From contig CAVVMW010000006.1 of assembly GCA_963749495.1 (NCBI GenBank), positions 1,152,001 to 1,216,000 of the forward strand: a stretch of DNA of 64,000 bases, read 5' to 3'. Position 1 is the stretch's first letter, and every line of letters starts with the position of its first letter. This stretch comes from an uncultured bacterium (lineage in GTDB: Bacteria > Verrucomicrobiota > Verrucomicrobiia > Limisphaerales > UBA8199). Of the stretch, positions 32,198 to 43,216 are shown piece after piece. The translations under genes were made by a program, and so were the position numbers. The notes under the pieces are model-generated. The model saw only the letters and a program-made list of their open reading frames with translations. It did not search any database and had not been told where the DNA came from.

Positions 32198-32974
32198 ATG
32201 ACAACCGCCCCCTATTCCCGCTGCCCGCGCTGCGGTGCTGATTATCAAGCATCGAAGAACGCCTGCCCCAACTGCGGCACGCCCAACAGCGTCGAGGTTC
32301 TCTGCGGCCACTGCGGCCACCTGTTCGCCGCCCTCGTACAAAGGGAAACCCAATGCCCAAACCCATCGTGCAAATTCACTGCCGGGCTCGTCAACTGCTC
32401 CGGTTGCGGGGACGATTACTGGCAGGGAAGCCCGGCGTGCCCCCACTGCCACACACTGAATGAGGATTATTTCGTCTCCTGCCGAGTCTGCGGCCTCTAC
32501 TTTTCCAAAATCCTGTACACGTGTCCGCAGTGCCAGACCCGCAAATCTGCCGCGCCGCAGCCACCACCAACCAGAGTCACGGACGCCCAGGAGCCGCCCA
32601 CCTGCACAAGGTGCCAGCTCGCTCTGCGCCAGGGGGCGTCTCGCTGCCCAAGGTGCGGTCTCCTTACGGGCACCAACTCCAAAGCAGGTTACGTTTACGT
32701 CTTGGTACACCCCAATATGCCCGGACTCGTCAAAATTGGCAAAACTCAGCGCCCCACTGGCGAGCGCATCGCCGAGCTTTCGCAGCAGACAGGCGTCCCA
32801 GGTACGTTCCTTTTGGCCTACGAGCACCCGGTCTGCGATTGCGACGCGGTGGAGCAGTCGGTCCACAAGCACCTCGCGGCGTTTCGGTTGGAGGACAAGG
32901 AATTCTTTCGGGCCAGCGTTCAGCAGGCCATCGAGGCCATCACGCAGACCACCAGTGGCGCTCGCCCTCCGTAG
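32198..32974 (+). CDS. Multi zinc-ribbon + T5orf172/GIY-YIG-family protein
   Basis: Ten Cys pairs, then GYVYVL..PNMPGLVKIGKT...RIAELS..TGVP..F...E..VH..L...R..KEFF. Confidence 0.85.
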   Translation: MTTAPYSRCPRCGADYQASKNACPNCGTPNSVEVLCGHCGHLFAALVQRETQCPNPSCKFTAGLVNCSGCGDDYWQGSPACPHCHTLNEDYFVSCRVCGLYFSKILYTCPQCQTRKSAAPQPPPTRVTDAQEPPTCTRCQLALRQGASRCPRCGLLTGTNSKAGYVYVLVHPNMPGLVKIGKTQRPTGERIAELSQQTGVPGTFLLAYEHPVCDCDAVEQSVHKHLAAFRLEDKEFFRASVQQAIEAITQTTSGARPP

Positions 32975-33321
32975 CATCCGAGCCCATCAGACACCGGCAG
33001 GCCACTCTCCCCCGAGCGGACAGCGGCCTGCCAGGGAGGCCCTTTCAATCTTTGGCCAGAGCCCCTGGAGGGATCGCACCCACTCAGGGGAAGTTTCGAC
33101 ATAGAGCTTGCCCCAGGGGGGCTTGGCGGCCCTTGCCGCTCGGGTGCCAGCCGCTGCCCTCACCCCGAAAGTCTTCGCTTCACTTCTTACTCGTTCAACC
33201 CGGGAATGCCGCTTCGTGCGACCTCAGTTCACCGCCCGGCTTCCCTTTCTCCGGTCTGGCGGCCACTTCAAAAGTCTTGTCAAAGTGACCACCTCTCTCC
33301 CGAGGAAGCTTTACCACCACC

Positions 33322-33525
33322 TCACGAGTGAAAGTGGTAGCGCAGAACCCATTCCCCGGTCTCTGGGTCCTGCTCCATCAAACTCTTGCACAACTTTTTC
33401 TTTTTTCCATCAGGATAATGCGAATTAAACGTACCGCCCCAGCGCTCAATCTGCTTAACGTAGCTGACATAAGCGTCAACCTTCGACCTGCCCCTCACTT
33501 CACTACGGAGTCCGCCCATGGCCAA
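33322..33525 (-). CDS. Small hypothetical protein
   Basis: 67-aa ORF with natural composition. Confidence 0.4.
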   Translation of the reverse strand: MAMGGLRSEVRGRSKVDAYVSYVKQIERWGGTFNSHYPDGKKKKLCKSLMEQDPETGEWVLRYHFHS

Positions 33526-33796
33526 CTATTACCGCCAACACGCCTCGCCATCAAGCCCAATCCCGAAGCACTTTCCCGAACCGCAAGGGCACCCCGGTTT
33601 ACGCGACGCTTGCCACAAAGGTGAAAGAGGCTAGTCCTAAAACAAGCGCATTTACAGCCGGGGTTGGTTGAGCCGCGTTCTGTTGCGGAAGTTGCTTCAC
33701 GTTGGCCCTATCCTGCCGCAGGCCGGGGCGGGGGGTGTGCGGGGACGGGGTGAGCTGGCGCGGCCGCGCTGATCGGGGAGGATCCGTCCGCTCACC

Positions 33797-34232
33797 CTAA
33801 GCTCTAGCGAGCAACTCGTGCAGGAAAGCCCTGGGCGTGAGGCACTGGATTCCGTACGGTTGGCCGAGATCGAGAAAGTCGTGATCGTAGCTCACCAGGT
33901 ATTGGGCTTTACCGGCGATTGCCGTTGCCAGGATGGGGTCGTCCTTCGGGTCCCTGGCGATTGGCCGCAGGGGCGGGTCCTCGATAAGCTCCGAGCGCCA
34001 GGCTCAACCATTCGAGCCAGTTGGCCCAATTGATGTTGCGAAAACTTCGTGGATTTTCGTCCGCTACTCGCTCCAGGGTTACCGCCCATTCCCTGGTCAG
34101 ATAAGGCGAGCGCACGGAAATGAAGCGGCGTTTGGCCAAAAGCCAGAGGACCTTTTGGGCCTCGTTGCCGCTCCAGCCGATGCCGGACACAACCCCCGAT
34201 GTGTCAAGAACGGCGCGCGGCTTGGTGCTCAC
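33797..34232 (-). CDS. PIN-domain toxin (frameshift near 34000)
   Basis: RAVLDTSGVVSG in the first frame; RDPKDDPILATAIAGKAQYLVSYDHDFLDL in the second frame, stop at 33797. Confidence 0.85.
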
Positions 34233-34476
34233 GCAGCAGTTCCTTTCTGACTTTGCGGGCGGTGGCCACTATTTGTTCCACTGGCGGGGCGCCAGCGTCA
34301 CTGCACTTGGCCAACGCCTCGAATTCCGCTTCGAGCTGAGCGGCTTCCTTCTCCTGCTCCCGCCGGATCAGGTCCCGGACCACGTTGCTGGCTGAGGCAA
34401 ATCCACCGTGGTCCTTTTTGCCTTTGACCCAGGCCAGTTGCTCCTGAGTGAGCGAGATATTCAGCGTCTGAACCAT
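34204..34476 (-). CDS. ParD-like ribbon-helix-helix antitoxin
   Basis: TLNISLT...GGFASASNVVRDLIRR. Confidence 0.85.
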   Translation of the reverse strand: MVQTLNISLTQEQLAWVKGKKDHGGFASASNVVRDLIRREQEKEAAQLEAEFEALAKCSDAGAPPVEQIVATARKVRKELLREHQAARRS

Positions 34477-34580
34477 GCCACCAATCTACAGCGACTATGG
34501 AATCTTGGCAAGATCGGAGACCACCTCCTCCTGGAAGACTGTCCAGTCTGGAACGACGCGCCGGCAACGCGGGTCAGCGC

Positions 34581-34900
34581 TCACCACCGCAGTTCCCAGG
34601 CCTGAGCCTGGCGCGGCGCGAAGGTGGCGGGTTTCTCCGGCACGCCAGGTGCAGTCGTGACGGGCATCGAGGCGCCGGAGGTCATTTCGCAACGGACAGG
34701 GCCTGCGGGCAGGCCCCATCCTGCGGCAGGCCGGACCGAGTCGGTGATGGGCGCATCGCTGACGTTGACAAGAAGGAGCAGCAGCCGGCCTTCGGCCCGC
34801 AGCCTCCAGGCGCCGGTCAGCGGGGCATCGGTGGTCAGGACGGCTTCGCGGGGCTTGGCGTTGCGGATGCAGTCGAGGATTTTCCAATCTTCATAAGGCT
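34581..34900 (-). pseudogene. Orphan C-terminal gene fragment
   Basis: LTGAWR...LLLLLVNVSD...QAWELRW is protein-like, but the 5' side runs into repeat elements with no good start. Confidence 0.35.
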
Positions 34901-35106
34901 CCTGGAGGATGAATCGCGCTTTCAGCGCTCCAGATGATTTTTGGCCGGCGTTCCCAGGGCTTTGCCCTGGGCTGGTATGAACGACGCCTTTGGCGTCCAG
35001 AGCGCGCACCGCCGGTTCTATCCTGGACCAGGAGAATTCTGTCGTGCCGACGTAGCGGGGCCATTGACAAAGTCGCTCCAAGCGCTTGGGCGCCAAAGGC
35101 GCCAGC

Positions 35107-35241
35107 GTAGCGCAGGTTTCCAAACCTGCTGTATCGCGGGTTTCCAAACCCGCAGGCCGTCCGCAAACCGGGGGCGCTCGACATGCCGACGCCCTGCCGA
35201 TTGGAAATCGGCGATACAGCAGGTTTGGAAACCTGCGCTAC
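35107..35241. repeat. REPIN-like element, inverted copy of 7578-7712
   Basis: Near-identical reverse complement, including some flanking bases. Confidence 0.9.
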
Positions 35242-35391
35242 GACATTGTCAATGGCCCTGGCCGACGCAGCCGCACCACCAAACAACTGTCTTGACAGAA
35301 CAGGGTCAAACCGGGCAGATCGGGCCATCAGCACGCCCAAATGCCTCGGCGCGGGCGCGCATTGCTTGAAGAACTCAAACCGCAAAGGATT

Positions 35392-38300
35392 ATGAGAACT
35401 CACTCAACTCATCCCCTCGGACTCGTGACGGCACCCGGTCTGGCCGCGTTGGCGGGCGCCCTGCTGTTTTCGGTGCTCCCGGTGCCGGCGCAGGCCTCCC
35501 AAGTGCCGAGCCCGGCGATTACCGGTTCGGCCAAGCCCTTCAGCGGCTCTTACACGGCGGCCAACCTGTTCGCCCCGGGCAGGAACGAATTCGCCACGGC
35601 GGGCCAGGGGGCCTGCTCCGCGCCGCTGACGACCGTCACCAACAATGGCACGTGGGTCGAGTTGGACTTCGGCGCCACCGTGAGCTTCGACCGTTTCATT
35701 GTGGCCACGCGCGCCAATACTGTCGATGTGGTGGGCACTAATGTGCTCTATGTCGGCGACAACCCGGTCCACAGCCTCAATGACACCGTCTTCACGTGGA
35801 GTTCCGCCGGGCAGAACGGCTCCGCCCCGATCCGCGACCTCGGCGCGACAGTCTCCGGCCGGTATGTCCGCTGGGAAGTGTTGAGCGCGCCCGGCTCGAG
35901 CAAGAACCTGGGCGGGCGGCATATATGGTTCCTGCGCAAGCCGGACAACATGAATGTGCTGCCGGCGCCGACGGTCATCGCGGGCACGCCGAGCTTCTAC
36001 GGCGCAAACTACGCCCCGGCGCACCTGGCCGACGGCGGCTGCGGCAACGACGCCAGCGCTGAGGAATACGCCATGAGGAGCAGCGACTCCCCCTCGGGCT
36101 TCAATGTCGATTTCGATTTTGGAGAGCCGACACAAATATCCGGGTTCGATTTCCTGCAGCGGGAGGTGGACTTCTTTCCGCAGCTCAGCTTTGTCTTTGC
36201 CAACGACACGAATTTCACCACGGTCTTGGCGAGCAACACCTGGACGAACAACTCAGCCAATTACAACCTCTGGACCAGCGGCACGTTTGCCGCGGTGACC
36301 GCCCGTTACGTGCGTCTGCAAGGGACAGGCTACACCGGCGGCAACCCGGGCGGGCGGGAGGTCATCTTCTACACGCCGACGGGCCAGATGCCGTCGGCAA
36401 CGCAGAATCCCCAGGGCGGGAGCTTCTATGTGGACGACCTGGTTTCGCTCACGGTGGTGGCCCGGGGCGACCCGCCGCTGTTCTACCAATGGCGCGAGGA
36501 CTCGCTGCCGCTGGCCGGGGCGACCAATAGCACCCTGACTTTCCCCAGTCTCCAGGCCAGCAATACCGGCAGCTATACCGTCGTGATCTCCAATATGAGC
36601 TCTACGTGAACGGCGCCAAGAGCCTCGTCGCCCAGAACCTGGGCAGCTACGTCCGAACCGCTCCCGATTCCTCGGTGCAAAACTGGGTCATCGGCCACAA
36701 CGAGAACCTCAGCCTGGACTCCGATCCGTGGCGCGGTTTCCTCGACAACCTGCGCATCTACAACCGCATCCTCTTCCCGAGCGAGGCCCAGGCCCTCTAC
36801 AACCTGGCTGGCCTCCTGCCCCCAAGCTTCGAGCCCCAGCCTCAAAGCACCACGCTCTTCCTGGGCGAAACCCTCTGGCTCTCCTCCTCGGTGGACGGCT
36901 CGCCGCCCATCGCCCTGCAATGGCAGCGCAACGGGACCAATCTGCCCGGCGCCACGCTCAGCTCGCTCATCATTCCCGGCGCAACCGCCGCTGACGCCGG
37001 CAACTACACCCTTATCGCCTCCAATGCCGTCAGGACTCTCACCAGCGCGGTGGCCGTGGTCACGATCCGCCCGGTCACCAGTATCACCAACGGCCTGGCC
37101 GGATACTGGAAATTCGATGAAACCAGCGGCAGCACCGCCGCCGACTCGTCCGGCCAGGGCGACGCGGGGACGATCGTCAACGGCACCGGCGACGGCGGGC
37201 AATGGACCGCCGGCAAGGTGGGCGGGGCGTTGCAGTTCCGCGGGCCGGCTATCTCAGGCGGCGCGGCGGATTACGTGGTGGTGCCGGCCTGGCCCAAGGC
37301 CCGCAATGGGACCATGACGCTCTCGGCATGGGTCTGGGCGGACGTCCTGCCGGCGGACCGCGCCGACATCGCCTGCGGCGGGTCGGGCACGGACGGCATT
37401 GGGCAGTTTCTCTTCACTTTGAGCAGCGGCACCAGCCAGTTGGCGGGCTATGTCGAGGACGCCGCCCTGGCCCAAACCCTGGCGCAGGAGCCGCAGGTCT
37501 TTCCCACCAACTCCTGGCAGCATGTCGCCTTGGTGGCCGACGGCGCCATGCTCCACGTCTATCGCAACGGCGTGGAGGCCGCCGCCTCCTCTTACTCCGG
37601 CACGCTCTACAACCCGACCAATGCCTTGAGCATCGGCGCCCGACTCACCGCCGATGACAGCGCCGGCGAATCGGGCTGGTGGCAGGGCAGGATCGACGAG
37701 GTGGCCTACTGGGCCCGGGGCTTGAGCGCGGGCGAGATCTTCGAACTCTACGCGGCCGGCAGCGCGGGCCGGCCGGTTATGCAGGCCGATGCCTTCACCA
37801 ATGCCGCGCCGCTCATCGCCCAGGGGCCGCAGCCGGCCGCGGTTTATCTGCACGACCCCTTTGCGCTGCAGGTGAAGGCCGCGGGCGTTGCGCCGCTCAG
37901 TTTCCAATGGTGGTTCGGGGCCGCCCCCGTGCCGGGAGCCACCAACAGCGTGTGTGCGAAGGCCGCCGCCGAGTTCGCCGATGCCGGCAACTACGTGGTC
38001 GTCGTCACCGCCGGCAACGGCTTGAGCGTCACCAGCGCGCCGGTGGCGCTGGCAGTCAATGCGCCCGCGCCGGCCCTGGGCCAGGGCCTGGTGCTTTACC
38101 TCAAGCTGGACGAGACCGTCGGCCAGACCGCCAACGATTCGTCGCCCAATGTGGCCAACGGCACGCTGGTCAACTTCCCCGAACCCGACAACCAACTGGG
38201 TTGCCGGCCTCTTTGGCAATGCGCTGCTCTTTGCCCAGGGCGCTCCGGCCGCCGAGGCGGTCTCGGTGCCGGACCAGCCGTTCCTGGATTTTGACGGGGA

Positions 38301-38949
38301 GCCGTTCAGCCTTTCACTTTGGGCCAAGGGGCCGGCGGCACAGTCCGAGAGCGGCGGCCTGGCCTGCAAGGGACTTGGCGGAGGCGACGAGGCCTTCTGC
38401 CTGGATATTTGGGGCGCGGCGTTCCGCTTCTTTGTGCGAAATTCCGCGGGCCAAGTCCCCGCGGGCGGGTCGGTCGAGCCCGGCGTGCCCCCCAACGGCC
38501 AGTGGCAGCACCTCGCCGTGGCCTACGACCCGGCCCAAGGCCAATCCAGGTTCTTCATCAACGGCGCCCTCGCCGGCACGGGCCTCACGGCGGACTCGGT
38601 CCTGAGCAACACCGACCCGCTGGACATCGGCGCGCGCCAGTTCCAGGGCGGTTACACACTCCCCTGGACCGGGCTGCTGGACGACATCCGCCTCTACAAC
38701 CGGGCGATCACCTCGATCGAGATCCGCGCTCTCACCTACCAGGGCTACCCGCCCAGCCTCAGCCTCTCTTGGAGGGGCGGCCAGGTGACCCTGAACTGGG
38801 CCTTCGAGGCTGTGAGCTATGAATTGCAGACCAGCGCCAGCCTCGGCGGTACTTGGAGCACTGTGCCGGGGGTCGCCACCAACTCCGCCACCCTCCCTGC
38901 CGCCGGCGCCGCCTCGTTCTACCGGCTCCACAGGAAGGTATTGTACTGA
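35392..38949 (+). CDS. Secreted F5/8C-like, Ig and LamG multidomain protein with FYRL C-terminus (broken near 36595 and 38190)
   Basis: Signal peptide; WVELDFG...GRYVRW; Ig motifs YQWR...GSYTVVISN; LamG motifs YWKFDE, WQHVALV, GRIDEVAYW; spread over three ORF pieces. Confidence 0.8.
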
Positions 38950-38956
38950 TTGCTGT

Positions 38957-40111
38957 TCAGATCGGCATGGGCCTGGCCGGGTGCAACGCAAGGAGAAACT
39001 CCTCACAGGGCAGACACAAGACCTCGTCGAGCTTGAGCCGATCCTTGCCGCGATAGAGGAGCGCGCGCCGGCTTTGGGGATAGTCCTCCCCAAACGCCCG
39101 GAGCCCGCGCACGTCTTCCGCGCGGACGCGGCCCGTGTTCTTCACCTCGATGGCGGCCAATGTGTTCGGGCCGTACACCACGAAGTCCACTTCCACGCCC
39201 GCACGCGTGCGCCAGAAATGCAGGCTGTCTCCTTCGTTGCGGTAGGCGATCCAGGCCCGAAGGTGCTGCGCCACCAGCCCCTCCAAAGCCGCGCCCTCGA
39301 TTTCCTCCGGGCGGTCGAGCGGCCCGGCCGGACGCAACGAGCGGAATACGCCGGCGTCGAAGAGATACAATTTGGGATGCGCGGACAGCTCGCGCCTGGC
39401 CCGGCGCGTGAATACGGGCACGCGGAAGGCCAACAACAAATCCTCCAAGACCTCCAGGTAGCCCTCCACTGTCTTGCGCTCCACCTGGCACTCGCGGGCC
39501 ACGTTGCTGACGTTGACCGCCTGACTGTGCGAGAAGCTCACCACCTCAAGGAAGCGCGCGAAGGCGCCGATGCTTCGCACCAGGCCCTCCATTTGCACCT
39601 CTTCCCGCAAGTAGAGCAACGCGTAGGCTCTGAGGACATCGCCGGGCTGCGGCGCGGCCAACACCAGCGGCACCAGCCCGTAACGGAGCGCAGCCGGGAG
39701 TGAAAACCGCCGGCCCAGTTCCTGCGCCATCAGCGGGTGCAGCGTTCGCAACACCGCCCGCCCGGCCATCAGATCCGTCCCCGTCCGCTTCAACTTCCGG
39801 GCGCTCGAGCCGGTGAGAATGAACTGCACCCCGCGCCGGGATTCAATGAGGGTGTGGACCACCGACAACAGTTCCGGCACGCGCTGCACCTCATCGATCA
39901 CCACCGACCGCGCCGTGGGCTCTGCGGCCAGCCGCTCCCGCAGCCGTTCCGGCCGGGCCGCGTACTCGCGCTGCACGTCCGGCTCCAGCAGGTCCAGCCG
40001 CAAGGCCTCCGGGTAGCGCGTTTGAGTGAACACGGATTTGCCTGTGCCGCGCGGACCGAACAGGAAGTAGCTTTGCTCCGGCGGCACGAGAAATCGGTCA
40101 ACCAGTTCCAT
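38957..40111 (-). CDS. AAA_14 ATPase with DUF4143 domain
   Basis: GPRGTGKS, VIDEVQR, LTGSSA, PKLYLFDAG and FWRTRAGVEVDFV...IEVK motifs. Confidence 0.92.
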   Translation of the reverse strand: MELVDRFLVPPEQSYFLFGPRGTGKSVFTQTRYPEALRLDLLEPDVQREYAARPERLRERLAAEPTARSVVIDEVQRVPELLSVVHTLIESRRGVQFILTGSSARKLKRTGTDLMAGRAVLRTLHPLMAQELGRRFSLPAALRYGLVPLVLAAPQPGDVLRAYALLYLREEVQMEGLVRSIGAFARFLEVVSFSHSQAVNVSNVARECQVERKTVEGYLEVLEDLLLAFRVPVFTRRARRELSAHPKLYLFDAGVFRSLRPAGPLDRPEEIEGAALEGLVAQHLRAWIAYRNEGDSLHFWRTRAGVEVDFVVYGPNTLAAIEVKNTGRVRAEDVRGLRAFGEDYPQSRRALLYRGKDRLKLDEVLCLPCEEFLLALHPARPMPI

Positions 40112-40186
40112 ATTGAGGCGCAAAATGGAGTTGAATGCTCCATTTTGCAAGAAGACTCTGAAGCGGCGCCGGGGTCCGCGCTGGCC

Positions 40187-41607
40187 TCACTTGCCCCGCG
40201 CCGTGAGGAAGTCGCTTATCCGCGCGGCGGCGTTGCGGCCGTCTCGCACCGTGTGCAGGACCTCGGTCGGGCCCGGACCAGGTCGCCGCCAGCGAAGACC
40301 GCCGGGGCGCTGGTCATCTGGTTGGCATCCACGATCAACCCGCCCCACTCATTGAGCGCCAGGTCGCCGAAACCGCCCGCGCGCGGGCAGGGCGCCGAGT
40401 CGAAGCCCAGGGCCAAAACGACCCAGTCGGTCTCGACCTCGAATTCCGAGCCTGGAACGGCGGTGAACTGGCGGCGGCCCGAGGCCTCGGGCGGGCCGGG
40501 TTCGGTGCGGACCAGGCGCAGGCCCGTCGCGCGGCCCGGCTCCCGGCCGAGCACCGCAACGGGCGCGGCCCGGAAGACAAACCGGGCGCCCTCCTCGACG
40601 GCGTTTTCGAATTCCTGGCGGCTGCAGGGCATGCCCGCCTGGTCGCGCCGATAGAGGCAGAGCGCCTCGCGCGCCCCGTAGCGGAGGGCGGCGCGCAGGC
40701 AGTCCATGGCGGAGTCGCCGGCGCCCAGCACCGCCACGCGTTTGCCGGAGACCTCCATTGCGGGCAGGGCCAGTGGGACCGCCGTGGTCTTTTGCAGGAG
40801 GAAAGGCACGGCCTGGACCACGCCCGGCAGGCCGGCGCCGGGGACCTCCAGTGGCCTGGCCTGGCGGGAGTCCAACCCCAGATACACGGCGTCGAACCCG
40901 GCGCGCAACTGCCCGAGCGTCGAGGCCGGCCCCGGGCTTGACGCCCAGGCGGAAGACCACCCCGCATTTGCGGAGCAGCTCGATGCGGCGCTCGACGATC
41001 GAGTGCTCGAGCCGGAAGGCGGGCACTCCGTTGACCAGCAACGCGCCCGGCAGCAGCGCCGAATCAAAGACGGTTACCGCATAGCCGCGCCGCGCCAATT
41101 CGTCGGCGCAGGCCAGGCCGCCGGGCCCGAGCCCACCACCGCCACGCGCAACCCGTTGGGCGGCGCAGTGCTGGTCTCCGCCTGTCCATGGGCCAGGGCG
41201 TAGTCGCACAGGAATTGTTCGAGGGCGCGGATCGAGACCGGCTCGGAGACGCCGTTGAGCAGGCAACTGCCTTCGCACATCCGCTCCTGCGGGCAGAGCC
41301 TGGAGCAGATCTCCGCCAGGTTCGTCGCCGAGCCCAGGACCGCCGCCGCCTCCAAAAACCGGCCCTCCGCCGTCAGCAGCAGCCACTGCGGTATCGGGTT
41401 GCACAGCGGACAGCCGCTCACGCAACCCGGGTCCGGGCATTGCAGGCAACGGCTGGCCTGCTCCTGCGCCTGGGCCTCATCGTAGAGCCCGTAGATCTCC
41501 AGGAAATCCGCTACCCGCTCCGACGCCGACCGCTTGGGCAAGTCCCGGCGGGCCAGCTCCCGCCACGCGTTTTTCGATTTCAAACTGTCGGTGCCGCTCG
41601 TGCTCAT
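40187..41607 (-). CDS. GltD-like NAD(P)-dependent Fe-S oxidoreductase (about three frameshifts)
   Basis: ASRCLQCPDPGCVSGCP, SRLCPQERMCEGSC, VAVVGSGP, VLGAGDSAMDC, YRRD and VFAGGDLVRG; pieces join to a stop at 40187. Confidence 0.85.
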
Positions 41608-41706
41608 GCCTGGGAAGGGGTCTGCTCGGTTTTCTTAATCTGTCGCGCCCAATGCCATTTCGGGCAATGGTCTTTTATCATGAGGATTAGCCCGGGTGCA
41701 AACCAA

Positions 41707-41933
41707 TTAACCTTTGATCAGCCGTGCCTGGCGGCTCGTCAGATAACCCCACATCACGTCGATGCCGCTGACCTGCGTGCGAACTCCCATTTCATCGAGG
41801 GAATCCATCATCCGGTACTCGAGCAACCGTTTTCCAAGCTCGACGATCTGAATATAGACGTGCCTCAACTGCCAGACTTGTCCCCCGGCCAATCCAGGGG
41901 AAGGCTCCTTCGCATGAACTCTACTGCTCACCA
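41707..41933 (-). CDS. Small hypothetical protein
   Basis: LAGGQVWQL...IQIVELGKRLLEYRM; natural composition; start uncertain. Confidence 0.55.
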
Positions 41934-41990
41934 TAACAGTATATCTTAGACGCCGCACCCCGCCACGCGTTCATTTTGAAAGCGGCGTCC

Positions 41991-42106
41991 GTAGCGCAGA
42001 CTTCCAAGTCTGCTGTATCGCGGGTTTCCAACCCGCACGCGCAGCGATTTCCTGCGCCCTGCCGACTGGAAGTCGGCGATACAGCAGGTTTGGAAACCTG
42101 CGCTAC
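41991..42106. repeat. REPIN-like element (GTAGCGCAG family)
   Basis: Same termini as 7578-7712. Confidence 0.88.
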
Positions 42107-42227
42107 GAACTCGTGCGCCCTGCCAAACGGGGGCAATGTCGGGATGCGGCCGTTTGTCCCTTTCGGGCACGCGATTTTTTTTGCCTCTCCCTCTCCGGGC
42201 GGGATACAGTGGGTGGACCGATCATTG

Positions 42228-42761
42228 ATGAAGAATATCGTCTATTTCGATATCGAGACCCAGCGGTCCGCCGATGAGGTGGGCGGGTGGGACAAGATCA
42301 GCCGGATGGGGATGAGCATCGGGGTCACCTACAGCACGGGGCGTGGCGAGTACCGGATTTACGGGGAGAAACAGGTCAACGATCTGATCCAGGAGTTGCA
42401 GCGGGCAAACCTGGTGGTGGGGTTCAACAACCTGCGGTTTGATTACGAGGTGCTGCACGGCTACACGCCGTTGGACCTGCGCCAACTCCCGACGCTGGAC
42501 CTGATGGTCGAGCTGCACAACAAATTGCAGCACCGGCTCTCGCTGGATTCCATCGCCATGGCGACCTTCGGGCTGGAGAAGACCGCGCAAGGGATGCAGG
42601 CCATCCTGTGGTTCCGCGAGGGCAAACTGCTCGATATAGCCGAATACTGCTGTTACGACGTGAAGCTCACGCGCCTGGTCCATGAGTACGGCGTCGAGCA
42701 CCGAAAGGTCCATTACCACAATCGCTTCGGCAAAAAACTCACCGTGCCCGTGAGCTGGTGA
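42228..42761 (+). CDS. RNase H-like (YprB/RNase_H_2) exonuclease-domain protein
   Basis: VYFDIET, VVGFNNLRFD, SLDSIA and EYCCYDV motifs. Confidence 0.88.
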   Translation: MKNIVYFDIETQRSADEVGGWDKISRMGMSIGVTYSTGRGEYRIYGEKQVNDLIQELQRANLVVGFNNLRFDYEVLHGYTPLDLRQLPTLDLMVELHNKLQHRLSLDSIAMATFGLEKTAQGMQAILWFREGKLLDIAEYCCYDVKLTRLVHEYGVEHRKVHYHNRFGKKLTVPVSW

Positions 42762-42829
42762 CTCAAGATTGATTTGACCAGGCCCGCCCGAGTATGGGAT
42801 TTTGCCCCCAGGATTTCCCGTTCGCGATT

Positions 42830-43216
42830 ATGGATCCAATCAGAGACTACGAAGACGTGCTCGAGGGGATCGAGACTGCGGTGGTAGGGCTCTGGCGCAC
42901 CCACCGCGAAATGAGCAATTACGCCGTCATGCGGGCCTACGAGGCAGCCATCGCCCACTACAACGCCGTTGCCCGCCAGCAAGCCCCCAAACCGGCCAAT
43001 CTCACGGGCTTGGATGCCTCGATTTTCGAGGCGGTCAGGGACTTCTGTGATTGGCGGCTGGGGATCGTGAAGTACGCGGACCGCCCGGAGCCCGAGCCGA
43101 TGCAGGCCGAAGACCTGGTGGCGTGCCTGCGGCGGGTCCGCAAATCAGTGGACTTCTGGACCGAGCACGGCGGGCGGCAGGGCTATATGCAGCACATTCA
43201 GAAGTACCTGCAATGA
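42830..43216 (+). CDS. Hypothetical protein
   Basis: Natural composition (CLRRVRKSVDFW...GRQGY); ATGA overlap with the next gene. Confidence 0.7.
   Translation: MDPIRDYEDVLEGIETAVVGLWRTHREMSNYAVMRAYEAAIAHYNAVARQQAPKPANLTGLDASIFEAVRDFCDWRLGIVKYADRPEPEPMQAEDLVACLRRVRKSVDFWTEHGGRQGYMQHIQKYLQ

Noticed and set aside
31480..33800. Integron cassette array
   Set aside because: ORFs are in mixed orientation, there are no convincing RYYYAAC...GTTRRRY attC pairs, and no integrase.
35033..35047. 15-bp match (AGAATTCTGTCGTGC) to the ISKra4 right TIR
   Set aside because: It lacks the terminal GCCC and has no partner end; it could be a scar, but the evidence is too thin.
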